From assembly GCA_964608345.1 (NCBI GenBank), contig CAZSNG010000003.1:18764-82763 (forward strand): DNA of 64,000 nucleotides, in the 5' to 3' direction. This stretch comes from an uncultured Thermotogae bacterium (GTDB lineage Bacteria > Bipolaricaulota > Bipolaricaulia > UBA7950 > UBA9294). Position numbers and translations under genes: made by a program. The notes beneath the pieces are model-generated. The model ran no database searches. It was not told where the DNA came from and saw only the letters and a program-made list of their open reading frames with translations. Below are positions 1 to 8,935 of this stretch, piece after piece (the first letter of the stretch is position 1; each line of letters begins with the position of its first letter).

Positions 1-1709
1 GAGCCGGACATGTCGTCCGAGCCGTCGCCGTCGAGATCCCACAAGTACGTGACGATCGAGCCGTCCGGGTCGTAGGAAGGCTGACCGTTCAGCAGGACCG
101 CCTGCCCGACCGTCGGGCTGGACGGCGCGTAGGTGAACGCGGCGACCGGCGGCAAAGCGGCCGTTCCGACCATGATCGAGTGGCTCGTCGAGTCGGTCGC
201 ACCGTCGTCATCCTGCACGGTCAAAGTGACCTGGTAGGTCCCGGGCGACGAGAACTGATGCCAAGCGACGGCGCCGCTGCCGTTCGAGCCATCGCCGAAG
301 TTCCAGCTATAGGCTGCGATCGACCCGTCCGGATCGGACGATGTGGAGCCGTCGAACTGGACCCACGCGCCGACAGCAGGATTCGTCGGCGAGAACGCGA
401 ACGCGGCCGTCGGCGACTGGTTGAGCGAGCCGACCTGAACCATCTGCGACGTCGAGTCACTGACGCCGTTGTTGTCCTGGACGGTCAGCGTGACCTGATA
501 CGTTCCGGGGGTCGAGAAACGATGCCAAGCGACGGCTCCGGCGCTGCTCGTTCCGTCGCCGAAGTTCCAGCTGTAGGACGCGATCGATCCGTCAGGATCG
601 GACGACGCGGACCCGTCGAACTGAACCCACGCGTTCACCGCGGGATTCGTCGGCGAGAAGCCGAACGCGGCCATCGGCGCCTGGTTTGTCGGGCCGAACT
701 GGATTGTCTGCGAGATCGAGTCGGACGCCCCGTCGTCGTCGGTGACGATGAGCGTGACGGTGTAGGTTCCCGGCGTCATGTACCGCTGCCACGCGGTCGC
801 ACCATAGCCGGTCGATCCGTCGCCGAAGTTCCAGCTGTAGGACGCGATCGATCCGTCCGGGTCGACCGACGCGGTGGCATCGAAGGAGATCCACTCTCCA
901 AGGCCGGGGCTGGGCGGCGAGTAGGTGAACAGGGCCACCGGCGGCTCGTTCACAGCGACGAGCGGCTCGAGCGTGACGTTGATCGTCCTCGTCAGTCCGC
1001 CGATCGTGAAGATTGCCGCGTTCCATCCGGTGTAGCCGGACTTGGTGACCGAGATCCGATGGAATCCTTGCTCGACGAACATCGTCCGTGGCGTGTAGCC
1101 GGCGTAGTCGCCGTCGATCGTGATCAGGGCGCCGGACGGGCTCGAGTTCACCGTGATGATCCCGTAGGAGACCGGCGTACCGGAGACGATCTCGAAGCTC
1201 GTGAAGTCCCAGCTTCGCTCTTCGGCGGGAAGGATGCCCAGCACCTGTGCCTCGATGCTCTGCTGGAAGACCTGAGGATCGGGGCTCATGTACGCGAACG
1301 GCTGGACCGGACTGGTCGTCGCCAGGATCTGGAGATACTCGGTGCCGGTCGGCGGGGCGATGATCCATCCGCTGCTTCCCGGGGGCGGCGCGAGCGTGTG
1401 CTCTCCCGCCTGAACGAAGTTGTTCGGTGATGACGACGACGGATACGGGAAGAGCTGGTTCGCAATGCCGTCGGGCTGGATGTCCCAGATGTAGATGTAG
1501 GCCGGCTTGTTGACGCTGTATCTGATCGTGATCGCTTCGCCGAGGGCGTAGGCCCCGTTGTCGACCCAGATGCGCACCTCGAGCTCGCTGTCCGGCGGCG
1601 TGGTGATAATCCCCTTGGGGGCCACGGCTCCCTGGGCCCATCCGAGAACCGCCACAACGGCGAGGATGGACAGGAGAACGGCTCCGGTTCTCCAGGTGTT
1701 TGCCTTCAT
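1..1709 (-). CDS. Secreted surface protein, 3'-partial in window (start codon at 1709, C-terminus beyond the window edge). It has a signal peptide, a DUF4384-like region, a PEGA domain and at least four tandem PKD domains.
   Basis: I translated the reverse strand by hand from the ATG at 1709: MKANTWRTGAVLLSILAVVAVLGWAQGA..., then IYIWDIQPDG (DUF4384-like), then ITVNSSPSGALITIDGDYAGYTPRT...SVTKSGY (PEGA-like). Four repeats follow of the form F.YSP..P..G..V.FDGS.S.DPDGSI.SYSWNFGDGS.G.G....H.F..PGTY.VTLTV.D.DG (classic PKD). No reverse-strand ORF ending at 1709 is listed in the track, which is consistent with this frame staying open to the window edge. The listed ORFs 180..1430(+), 592..1641(-) and 1286..1657(-) are alternative-frame artefacts. 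Confidence 0.75.
   Translation of the reverse strand, partial: MKANTWRTGAVLLSILAVVAVLGWAQGAVAPKGIITTPPDSELEVRIWVDNGAYALGEAITIRYSVNKPAYIYIWDIQPDGIANQLFPYPSSSSPNNFVQAGEHTLAPPPGSSGWIIAPPTGTEYLQILATTSPVQPFAYMSPDPQVFQQSIEAQVLGILPAEERSWDFTSFEIVSGTPVSYGIITVNSSPSGALITIDGDYAGYTPRTMFVEQGFHRISVTKSGYTGWNAAIFTIGGLTRTINVTLEPLVAVNEPPVALFTYSPPSPGLGEWISFDATASVDPDGSIASYSWNFGDGSTGYGATAWQRYMTPGTYTVTLIVTDDDGASDSISQTIQFGPTNQAPMAAFGFSPTNPAVNAWVQFDGSASSDPDGSIASYSWNFGDGTSSAGAVAWHRFSTPGTYQVTLTVQDNNGVSDSTSQMVQVGSLNQSPTAAFAFSPTNPAVGAWVQFDGSTSSDPDGSIAAYSWNFGDGSNGSGAVAWHQFSSPGTYQVTLTVQDDDGATDSTSHSIMVGTAALPPVAAFTYAPSSPTVGQAVLLNGQPSYDPDGSIVTYLWDLDGDGSDDMSG
20..1010. repeat. Tandem DNA repeats of about 268 bp, roughly 3-4 copies, encoding the PKD domains of the surface protein.
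   Basis: The string gccgaagttccagctRtaggMYgcgatcgaYccgtcMggatcgga recurs near positions 295, 565 and 825, with highly similar flanking sequence. Confidence 0.6.
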
Positions 1710-1763
1710 GTTCGCCTCCCTTTCCTTTCCAATCTCTTCACGTGTTCGAACGCTTTCGGCACT

Positions 1764-2462
1764 TCACGATACAGCTGAGAGTGCGACCTGTGTCAAATCC
1801 GCCGGTTCGACGCGCTTCAAGAAGAGCTCCACGTCCCCCGGATTCAGGATCGCTCCCTCCAGCGATGTCAGGCGGAACCGGACTTCCTGGAGCAAGGTCT
1901 GCCCTTCGAACGGGCTGCCGCCTCCTTCGAGATAGTCGGCGATCGTGTCGGATGTGTGGGTCACGAGCAGGTTGAATCGCGGGGTCGGGAGGGCCGTGTC
2001 CACCGACTGCGGGCTGCCCGGAGCCACGGAGAAGATCCCCTTCGCGTAGAGCAGATCCCTCGTCTCGGCAAGCAGGATCAATCGCTGGTGCAGGCTCTGC
2101 TCGATGTTGGCCGGTGGAACGCCGCGTGCGAGCCCCTCCAGTCCCTTCTCCACCAGGCCGTCGACCGGAAGCCCTTCCTCCAGCGCGACGGTGACGGAGA
2201 ACAGCAGCGCGTTCCGCTCCGCCGCCGAGTACTCCGTCGCCGCGAGTCGCTCGATGTACTGCAGCGTCTCGAACGCCGGGAAGTCCGGCTGGCTCAGTCC
2301 GAGCTCGACCGCTCCGACGGAGCGTCCGATGTCGGACGCGGGGATCGCGCGGAGCGCCTCCTCGAACTCGGAGAGCGGGATCTGCGCGAAGGCGGAGATC
2401 CCGAACCAGACCGCCAGAAGAACAAGCCCCCCGATCCTCAACAGCCGTCCGAAGCGGCTCAT
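1764..2462 (-). CDS. Hypothetical membrane-anchored or secreted protein (232 aa) with an N-terminal hydrophobic segment. It is the third gene of the sigma/anti-sigma operon.
   Basis: The ORF begins MSRFGRLLRIGGLVLLAVWFGISAFAQ. It overlaps the anti-sigma gene stop by 4 nt (2459..2462) on the same strand, and sits 54 nt upstream of the PKD protein gene. No recognisable catalytic motif. Confidence 0.55.
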   Translation of the reverse strand: MSRFGRLLRIGGLVLLAVWFGISAFAQIPLSEFEEALRAIPASDIGRSVGAVELGLSQPDFPAFETLQYIERLAATEYSAAERNALLFSVTVALEEGLPVDGLVEKGLEGLARGVPPANIEQSLHQRLILLAETRDLLYAKGIFSVAPGSPQSVDTALPTPRFNLLVTHTSDTIADYLEGGGSPFEGQTLLQEVRFRLTSLEGAILNPGDVELFLKRVEPADLTQVALSAVS

Positions 2463-3040
2463 GCGCCGTCACCTCCTCCGACGTATCGCACCGAGCTGTA
2501 CTCTCCAAAGCTGTGGACGTACTCGTCGGCAAGCGGATCCTGTCCCCACCAACGGCCGTCGATGACGAACGCATATTCGTAGCGACCCGGCTCGAGCGGG
2601 ATGGACGCCATCCAGATGCCGTCGTTGTCCTCGTCTTCGAGTGCCGTCGGCTCCCACGAGTTGAACGAGCCGACGACCGTCACGTCGGTCGCATCGAGCG
2701 CCGGGAGGACGAACAGGACCTCCTGGGTTCCGTCCGCGTTCCGCGTCGCTTCCAGCCGGATGCCCGGCGCGCCTCCGTCGAAGCCGAACCGGTCGGCGGC
2801 GAAGAAACCGACCAACAGGCAGACGGCGGCGGTGGCGCCGACCAGACCGAGCTGTCCGATGCGCCCGCTGCGCGTCGGCGCGATCAGTTGCCTCAGCCAG
2901 TCGCCGAGCCGCAGGCGCGGTCGCCGCTCGCCGAGCTCGAGAACGATCCGCTCTTCGAGACCGTCCAAATCGGAGGCCGTCTCCGCGACCTCTTGTCGAA
3001 GCGCGTCCCGTAGAACGTCGTCGAGTTCAATGGTTCTCAC
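2459..3040 (-). CDS. Putative anti-sigma factor. It has a cytoplasmic N-terminus, one transmembrane helix, and an extracytoplasmic CBM48/AMPK-beta glycogen-binding-like (E-set) domain.
   Basis: Overlaps the ECF sigma gene by 4 nt. The TM segment is LGLVGATAAVCLLVGFFAA. The C-terminus reads TVVGSFNSWEPTALEDEDNDGIWMASIPLEPGRYEYAFVIDGRWWGQDPLADEY, typical of a CBM48/AMPK1_CBM fold. No zinc-finger (HxxxCxxC) anti-sigma motif is present. Confidence 0.6.
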   Translation of the reverse strand: MRTIELDDVLRDALRQEVAETASDLDGLEERIVLELGERRPRLRLGDWLRQLIAPTRSGRIGQLGLVGATAAVCLLVGFFAADRFGFDGGAPGIRLEATRNADGTQEVLFVLPALDATDVTVVGSFNSWEPTALEDEDNDGIWMASIPLEPGRYEYAFVIDGRWWGQDPLADEYVHSFGEYSSVRYVGGGDGA

Positions 3041-3609
3041 GATGGATCACGCTCCTCCATTCGTTGTTTCAGCATGGCTTTCCCTCGATGAATCCTCGTT
3101 TTTACCGTTCCTTCCGGGATCGCCAGGATCTCGGCGATGTCCCGGTACGGGAGGTCGTTGTAGAACCTCAAGACCAGCGGAGCTCGGTACCCGTATGGCA
3201 GGTCGGTGAGCGCCTCGCGGATCGCCGCGTGCCGGTCGTCCATCGCGACGATCGTCGCCGGGTCGGTTCCGCCCCGAATCTGCGCCGGGAGTTCCGACAC
3301 CGGGTGGTTCCGGCGGTACCGCAGCCGATTCCGGCACAGGTTCGCGGCGATCGTGAACAGCCACGTCGAGAACCGCTTCTCCAGGTTGTAGCGACGCAGG
3401 TTGACGTACGCGCGAATGAATGCGTCGTGCGTCAGGTCCTCCGCGTCGGCCCGGTTTCGGAGGAATCCGAGACACAAGCCGAACACGGCATCCTTGTAGC
3501 GGGAGATGATCTCTCCCCAGGCTTCCGTCTCTCCTTCGAGCGAGGCTCTCAAAAGACTCACCTCATCTTGCACACGGTACACGGTTTCCGCTGCCTCCTC
3601 GGTGACCAA
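3037..3609 (-). CDS. ECF-type RNA polymerase sigma-70 family factor.
   Basis: Region 2 reads DLTHDAFIRAYVNLRRY and region 4 reads DIAEILAIPEGTVKTRIHRGKAML. The listed start is TTG at 3609. A GTG 27 nt downstream with a GGAGG motif upstream is an alternative start, so the exact start is uncertain. Confidence 0.85.
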   Translation of the reverse strand: MVTEEAAETVYRVQDEVSLLRASLEGETEAWGEIISRYKDAVFGLCLGFLRNRADAEDLTHDAFIRAYVNLRRYNLEKRFSTWLFTIAANLCRNRLRYRRNHPVSELPAQIRGGTDPATIVAMDDRHAAIREALTDLPYGYRAPLVLRFYNDLPYRDIAEILAIPEGTVKTRIHRGKAMLKQRMEERDPS

Positions 3610-3797
3610 TATACCCGCTTTTGCCGGTCTGGTTTCGGTTCGACATCGGTCACCTTGCTCCGGGACGAACCCTCCGATCCGAGTTGCCTGACGTCCCGGA
3701 AATCCGCTGTAGGACAGGGGTAGACTGGCTCCATCGCATTCATCGATTCCTACGTGTTGCGTGCAAGTGACCGATGTGATGCAAGGAGGTCGACGAG

Positions 3798-5099
3798 ATG
3801 TCCGCGACAGGAAACGTTGCTGGACCTGGAAGAGTCAGACTGATCGCCGCGCTGCTACTGGTGGCGGTCCTTGGGGTGGGGCTCGCCGCGTGCCGTGGCT
3901 TCTTCGGACAGGCGCCGATCGCTCTGCTGGTCACCGACGACGGCGGAGACGGGGAGGTGCCGGTGACCATCACGTTCGAGATTGACAGCTCGAACGATCC
4001 GGACGGGATTATCGCCACCTACGAACTCGATTTCGGGGACGGGACGACCGCGGCGACCGGAACGGACGTCACGGTTCCGGTCGAGCACGAATACGCCGAG
4101 GCGGGGACGTTCACGGTCTTGCTGACGATCACCGACAACGACGGTCGGATCGGGATGGCAAACGCCGTCGTGACGATCGGTTCGGTGATGATCACGTTCG
4201 CGTCCGATCGCCTCGGAAACCATGACGTCTACCGGATGAAGATCGACGGAACGGACCTCGTCTCCGTGCTCGCCTCGGCGAACGACGAGCTCTTCCCCGA
4301 TCTCGTCCAGAAGACGCGGGATCGGATCGCCTACGCGGCCGAGGACGGTGCCGACTGGAACATCTGGGCGATGACCGTCGCTGGAGGCGGACGGACGCAG
4401 CTGACACAAGCGGCGTCCAACCAGATCCAGCCGGACTGGTCGGTGGACGCATCGACGATCGCCTATGCGTCGAATCAGCGAGGGATCTGGGAGATCTACT
4501 CGATGACGTCGCTTGGAACAGGGCATCAGCTGGCTGCGACGCAGTCCCCGTCGTGGGCGATCGCCCCGGTCTTCTCGCCGGCGAACGACGACTTCCTGTT
4601 CGTCTCCGACAGGACGGCGACCGGCGGGAGTTCTATCTGGCTGTGGGACGACTCGGCCGGGACGGCGAGCGAGCTGTACGATCACGACGGCCGAGACGGC
4701 GACGCGTCCCCGGCGCTGGCGACGGTGCCAGCGACCGCCCTTGCTCTGCCGGCGGGCGCGGGAATCTCCGAACCCACCTGGTCGCCCAACGGGACGAAGA
4801 TTGCGTTCGCTCGGGAGCGAACGGCCGGCGGAATACTCGACGTCTACGTGATGGACTCCGACGGGAGCGACGCGGAGTCCCTGGAGGACTACGTCGACGG
4901 CCTCGGCGTGCTCAACACGAGCATCACGACCGACGACGATGAGTTCGCTCCGTTCTGGTTGGAGGACAACAGCGGCCTCGCGTTCGTCAAGGAGGACGCG
5001 GGCGGCGACTTCCAGATCTTCGTCGTCGACTTCGCGACGGGCGTCATCACCGACCTGACCGCGACAGGCAACAACATCCACCCGGCCGCGAACCGCTAG
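3798..5099 (+). CDS. Lipoprotein with an N-terminal PKD domain and a TolB-like beta-propeller.
   Basis: AAGGAGG Shine-Dalgarno at 3782-3788. Lipobox LAAC within LLLVAVLGVGLAAC. The PKD-like stretch reads PDGIIATYELDFGDGTT...HEY..AGTFTVLLTITDNDG. Repeated motifs such as IAY.S...G.WEIY and IAFARE...LDVYVMD recall TolB/PD40 propeller blades. Confidence 0.7.
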   Translation: MSATGNVAGPGRVRLIAALLLVAVLGVGLAACRGFFGQAPIALLVTDDGGDGEVPVTITFEIDSSNDPDGIIATYELDFGDGTTAATGTDVTVPVEHEYAEAGTFTVLLTITDNDGRIGMANAVVTIGSVMITFASDRLGNHDVYRMKIDGTDLVSVLASANDELFPDLVQKTRDRIAYAAEDGADWNIWAMTVAGGGRTQLTQAASNQIQPDWSVDASTIAYASNQRGIWEIYSMTSLGTGHQLAATQSPSWAIAPVFSPANDDFLFVSDRTATGGSSIWLWDDSAGTASELYDHDGRDGDASPALATVPATALALPAGAGISEPTWSPNGTKIAFARERTAGGILDVYVMDSDGSDAESLEDYVDGLGVLNTSITTDDDEFAPFWLEDNSGLAFVKEDAGGDFQIFVVDFATGVITDLTATGNNIHPAANR

Positions 5100-5120
5100 C
5101 AGGTTGAACTGACTCGAACC

Positions 5121-5152
5121 GCGGGAGTGAGGGCGAGCCGCCTCACTCCCGC
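5121..5152. terminator. Bidirectional stem-loop between the convergent lipoprotein gene and lnt.
   Basis: gcgggagtgagg (5121-5132) pairs with cctcactcccgc (5141-5152) to give a 12-bp stem. It overlaps the lnt stop codon and is followed by gttcgctttgcc. Confidence 0.45.
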
Positions 5153-6639
5153 GTTCGCTTTGCCGGGCGTTCGCGGCGGCGAGCGCGTCCGGCGAGAACG
5201 CCGATCGCAAGGCAGCCCATTGCAGCGACGAGCGGGACATCTCCCCAAATGGTGTACAGCGATCGCCCCTCCGATGGCCGGATCTCGGCGGTCAACACCG
5301 TCTCCTCCGGCGTCTCGGAGAGAATCCTGCCGCGACGATCGACGAATCCGGAGATCCCGCCGTTCGCCGCCTGGACGACAGGGCGGCGGTTTTCGACCGC
5401 GCGGAAGACCGCCGTGGCGAAGTGGGACTGCAGCTCCGAGCTCTCGTCGAACCACGCGTCGTTGGTGACCGTGACGAGAACCGAAGCGCCGGCCCGGGTG
5501 AGCCGGCGGGAGGAGGTCGGGAAGGTCGACTCGAAGCAGATCGGCGTGCCGATGCCGTCGAGCGGCTCGTAGGCGGTCCCTCGGCTCAGATCGACAGGTA
5601 GAAGCGCGCGCGCCCACCCGCCGAGACCGACCGCATCGAGGATCCACCGGCCCGGAACGTACTCGCCGAACGGCACCGGGCGAACCATGTCGTACATGTC
5701 GACCACCCGACCTTCGGTGTCGACGAGGACGGTCGTGTTGAAGATGCCGCCGTCGCGATAGGTACCCGTTCCGAACAGGAGACGCGCGTTGCCGGTTCGC
5801 GCGAGTGCGGCGAGTCGATCGTAGACGGCGTCGGTGCGGAGGATGTACGCGGGGAGGAACGACTCCGGGAAGACGACGAGGTCCGGTTCGTCCGCGATCG
5901 CCTCCTCCCCGAGGACGAGAAACCGCTCGGCGAGGACGTCGAGGTTGCGGGCATCGAGTTTCACCGCCTGATCGACGTTCGAGGAGACGACGGCGACGGT
6001 GATCATCGTGTCCTGTGCCGGCCCGACGGGCAGCAGCCGGAACGCCGCCAGCGCGAGAACGAGCCCGACGCCGACGAGCACGTACCGGATTCGTCGCTGC
6101 CTCCACGCCAGGTAGAGGGCCACGTTGATCGCGACGAGGAACGCGCTGATCGTCCACGAGCCGAAGACGGCGGCCGGCTGGATCAACCAAGGGACCCGGT
6201 ACAACGCCTGATGAAGCATCGAGAAGCCCATCCCGAGGGTTCCGAGCGTCCGCAGACACTCGGCGAGAACAACCAACGCCGGCGCGAGGAGGAGCCACGT
6301 CCACCGAGCCGACCGATCGGCGCGCCACGTCATCAGCCATCCGACCAGGCCGAATGGAATTGACAGGTAGGCGATGAGGAGCGGGTATCCGGCGGCGACG
6401 AGTGGGTTGAATCGAACCAGCGTGAGCACCCAGCGAACCTCGATCGCGAAGAACGCCAACCCGAAGAGATAGCCGTGCAAGAAGCCCTGGCGAGTTCCGC
6501 GCCCCCGTTCCAGCGCGACGAAGAGCGGAATCAGCGCGACGAAGGCGAGCGGGGCAGCGCCAAACCCCGGCATCGACAGGGCGGCGAGAATCCCACCACC
6601 GACGGCCAGCCACGTTTCCCCTCTGCGAATCCAGCTCAT
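5143..6639 (-). CDS. lnt: Apolipoprotein N-acyltransferase.
   Basis: 498 aa. The N-terminus has multiple TM helices (MSWIRRGETWLAVGGGILAALSMPGF...). A C-terminal carbon-nitrogen hydrolase fold is present (VVFPESFLPAY..., TGTYRDGGIFNTTVLVD, ICFESTFP). GGGAAG Shine-Dalgarno lies before the ATG. Confidence 0.85.
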   Translation of the reverse strand: MSWIRRGETWLAVGGGILAALSMPGFGAAPLAFVALIPLFVALERGRGTRQGFLHGYLFGLAFFAIEVRWVLTLVRFNPLVAAGYPLLIAYLSIPFGLVGWLMTWRADRSARWTWLLLAPALVVLAECLRTLGTLGMGFSMLHQALYRVPWLIQPAAVFGSWTISAFLVAINVALYLAWRQRRIRYVLVGVGLVLALAAFRLLPVGPAQDTMITVAVVSSNVDQAVKLDARNLDVLAERFLVLGEEAIADEPDLVVFPESFLPAYILRTDAVYDRLAALARTGNARLLFGTGTYRDGGIFNTTVLVDTEGRVVDMYDMVRPVPFGEYVPGRWILDAVGLGGWARALLPVDLSRGTAYEPLDGIGTPICFESTFPTSSRRLTRAGASVLVTVTNDAWFDESSELQSHFATAVFRAVENRRPVVQAANGGISGFVDRRGRILSETPEETVLTAEIRPSEGRSLYTIWGDVPLVAAMGCLAIGVLAGRARRRERPAKRTRE

Positions 6640-6674
6640 ATACTTCCCATGATATCGCGAGAGAGGGGGAAGCG

Positions 6675-7454
6675 ATGCATCCCATCCTGGTGCAGATCGG
6701 CCCGGTGACGATTCGCTACTACGGTCTGATGTATGTGATCGCGATCGCGGTCGGGTTCTTCCTGTTGGTTCGGGAGGCGAGACGCAGGGAACTTCTGCTG
6801 TCGACGGAGAGCCTGCTCGATCTCCTGTTGTGGACGATTCCGGTCGCCATCGTCGGCGCGCGGATCTACTACGTCGCGTTCCATTGGGATCACTACGGAA
6901 CGCATCTGATCGACGTCCTCAAGATCTGGGAGGGAGGGCTCGCCATCCACGGAGGGGTTCTCGCCGGGATCGCTGTCGTGTTCCTCTTCGCACGCACGAA
7001 GAAGGTCTCGTTCTGGGGGCTCACCGACGCGTTGGTCCCGAGCCTGATCCTCGGCCAGGCGATCGGTCGGATCGGCAACCTGATGAACGGGGACGCATTC
7101 GGAACGCCGACGACGCTGCCGTGGGGGATCCGGTTCCCGGCGGAGTCCCCGGCAGGGATGGCCTACCCGGGACAGGCGACGCATCCGTCGATGATCTACG
7201 AGATGCTGCTCAACCTCGCGATCTTTGCGTTCCTGTGGTGGTGGGTCCGAGAGCGGAACTTCAAAGACGGCTTCTCCACTGCGATGTACTTCATCCTCTA
7301 CGCCGTCGCTCGCTCGCTCGTGAGCTTCACGCGCGGGGATTCGCTCTGGCTGGGCCCGATCCGGGCGGCGCACGTCATCAGCGTCGTCTTCGTCGTGGGT
7401 TTCGGGATCCTGATCTGGCGGCGCCGCCTGTACTGTCGAGCACCTACGGGTTGA
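6675..7454 (+). CDS. lgt: Prolipoprotein diacylglyceryl transferase.
   Basis: MHPILVQIGPVTIRYYGLMYVIAIAVGF...IPVAIVGARIYYV..HGGVLAG; Lgt signature G(x)RIGNLMNGD(x)FG present (GQAIGRIGNLMNGDAFG). Divergent from lnt across a spacer of only 35 bp. Confidence 0.9.
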   Translation: MHPILVQIGPVTIRYYGLMYVIAIAVGFFLLVREARRRELLLSTESLLDLLLWTIPVAIVGARIYYVAFHWDHYGTHLIDVLKIWEGGLAIHGGVLAGIAVVFLFARTKKVSFWGLTDALVPSLILGQAIGRIGNLMNGDAFGTPTTLPWGIRFPAESPAGMAYPGQATHPSMIYEMLLNLAIFAFLWWWVRERNFKDGFSTAMYFILYAVARSLVSFTRGDSLWLGPIRAAHVISVVFVVGFGILIWRRRLYCRAPTG

Positions 7455-8160
7455 ACGACTCTCCGAGGTAGACCTCCCGGGCAACCGGGTCGGCGAGGAT
7501 CTCCTCCGGGCTCCCGGCGGCGATCTGCCGGCCCTTGTCGATCAGCACCGCGTGGTCGGTGATCTTCAGCGTATCGCGCACGTTGTGGTCGGTGATGACG
7601 ACGCCGATGCCCCGCTCCTTCAGCAGAACGATCTCCCGCTGAAGATCGGCGATCGAGATCGGATCGATCCCCGAGAACGGCTCGTCGAGCAGGACGTAGC
7701 GTGGTGTCGTCGCCAGCGTCCTCGCGATTTCCAGCCGCCGGCGCTCGCCGGAGGAGAGCGTCTTGGCCTCCTGCGCACGAAGCGCCTCCAGGCCGAATTC
7801 CGCGAGGAGCTGCTCGCGAAGCGGCGATCGCGCCTCCGGCGAAGGGAGCCACTCGAGTGCGAGATCGAGGTTCTCGACGACGGACGCACGAGTGAATACG
7901 GACGGCTCCTGGGGTAGGTATCCGATCCCCAACCTGGCGCGACGGAAGAACGGGAGGCTGGAGAGATCCTCGTCGTCGAGGAGGACCCTGCCGGCGTCGG
8001 CGGCGATGAACCCGATCATCATGTGGAACGTCGTCGTCTTGCCGGCGCCGTTCGGCCCGAGCAGGCCGACGATCCGTCCGGGCTCGACCTGGATCGACAG
8101 GCGATCCACGACGACGCGGCGCCGATACGCCTTGACGAGAGACTCGGCCCTAAGTGTCAT
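7444..8160 (-). CDS. lptB: ABC transporter ATP-binding protein, LptB-like.
   Basis: The LptB-type Walker A (GPNGAGKTT), LSGGERRR signature and LLDEPFSGID Walker B are present. The likely start is the ATG at 8160 (MTLRAESLVKAY) with a GGAGGA Shine-Dalgarno. The listed ORF start at 8208 would overlap the upstream gene. Confidence 0.8.
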   Translation of the reverse strand: MTLRAESLVKAYRRRVVVDRLSIQVEPGRIVGLLGPNGAGKTTTFHMMIGFIAADAGRVLLDDEDLSSLPFFRRARLGIGYLPQEPSVFTRASVVENLDLALEWLPSPEARSPLREQLLAEFGLEALRAQEAKTLSSGERRRLEIARTLATTPRYVLLDEPFSGIDPISIADLQREIVLLKERGIGVVITDHNVRDTLKITDHAVLIDKGRQIAAGSPEEILADPVAREVYLGESFNP

Positions 8161-8935
8161 CCGCTGCTCCCATCTCCTCCAAGTCGAGACGTGCCGTGAC
8201 GCCTCCACTCGCGTGCAGGCCGTCTTCGTCCATCCGAATCGACGCCGCGGTCAGCCGGCCGCTCGACCACTCACCTTCGGCCTCGCCGACGAGGCGGGCG
8301 GCCTCCCCGTTCGAATCGACCTCCAGCCGCTCGCAGCGAAATGACTCCCCGCCCTCGGATTCGGCGGTGACGCCGTGACGGAACGAGACGACCCCGTCTC
8401 GCTCCTCGGCGTCGCTCGCCCGGATCGTCCACGTCGACTCGAGGTCAGCGATCGCCTCGACCCCGCCTGTGAACGTCGCAGTCTCGGACGCCAGATCGTA
8501 CTCGAACCCAGCCGCCGACACGTCGAGCGTCTCGGTCGTGAGAGCGATCGGTCCGGCCTCGAGCCGCTCGTCGGCCTCGATCCACGTCACCGCCTCGGTC
8601 TCGAGGAGCAGGTCGTCGGTCCGCTCGATCCGCAGGTTTCCCGATAGGCGGGCCGTCCCCTCGGTCCGATCGAGGCGGTCACCGCGAATGCGGAGCGTCG
8701 CTGCATCGCTTCCGTGGAAGTCGATCGCGACGTCACTCAACGTCTGATCGTCCCCATTGACTCGGCCGCCGGCGGCTCGGATCTCCCACAGGAGCGTCCC
8801 GTCGGAGTATCCGTACAGCGTGATCGTCTTGGCGGTCGTCGCGTCATCGTCCGTGTCGCCTCCGCGGGGGAGGAAGACCAGGACCAACGCGATCGCTACG
8901 ACGAGGAGTGCGAGGAGGCTCTTCGCTCGAGGCAT
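8150..8935 (-). CDS. OstA-like (LptC/LptA-family) protein anchored by a single N-terminal TM helix.
   Basis: The N-terminus reads MPRAKSLLALLVVAIALVLVF. It is followed by a repetitive beta-rich region (TITLYGYSDGTLLWEIRAAGGRVNGD...LRIRGDRLDRTEG.ARLSGNLRIER) resembling the LptC/LptA jellyroll. It sits immediately 5' of lptB with a 5-nt spacer, and overlaps the pyrG 3' end by 40 nt. Confidence 0.45.
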   Translation of the reverse strand: MPRAKSLLALLVVAIALVLVFLPRGGDTDDDATTAKTITLYGYSDGTLLWEIRAAGGRVNGDDQTLSDVAIDFHGSDAATLRIRGDRLDRTEGTARLSGNLRIERTDDLLLETEAVTWIEADERLEAGPIALTTETLDVSAAGFEYDLASETATFTGGVEAIADLESTWTIRASDAEERDGVVSFRHGVTAESEGGESFRCERLEVDSNGEAARLVGEAEGEWSSGRLTAASIRMDEDGLHASGGVTARLDLEEMGAADDT

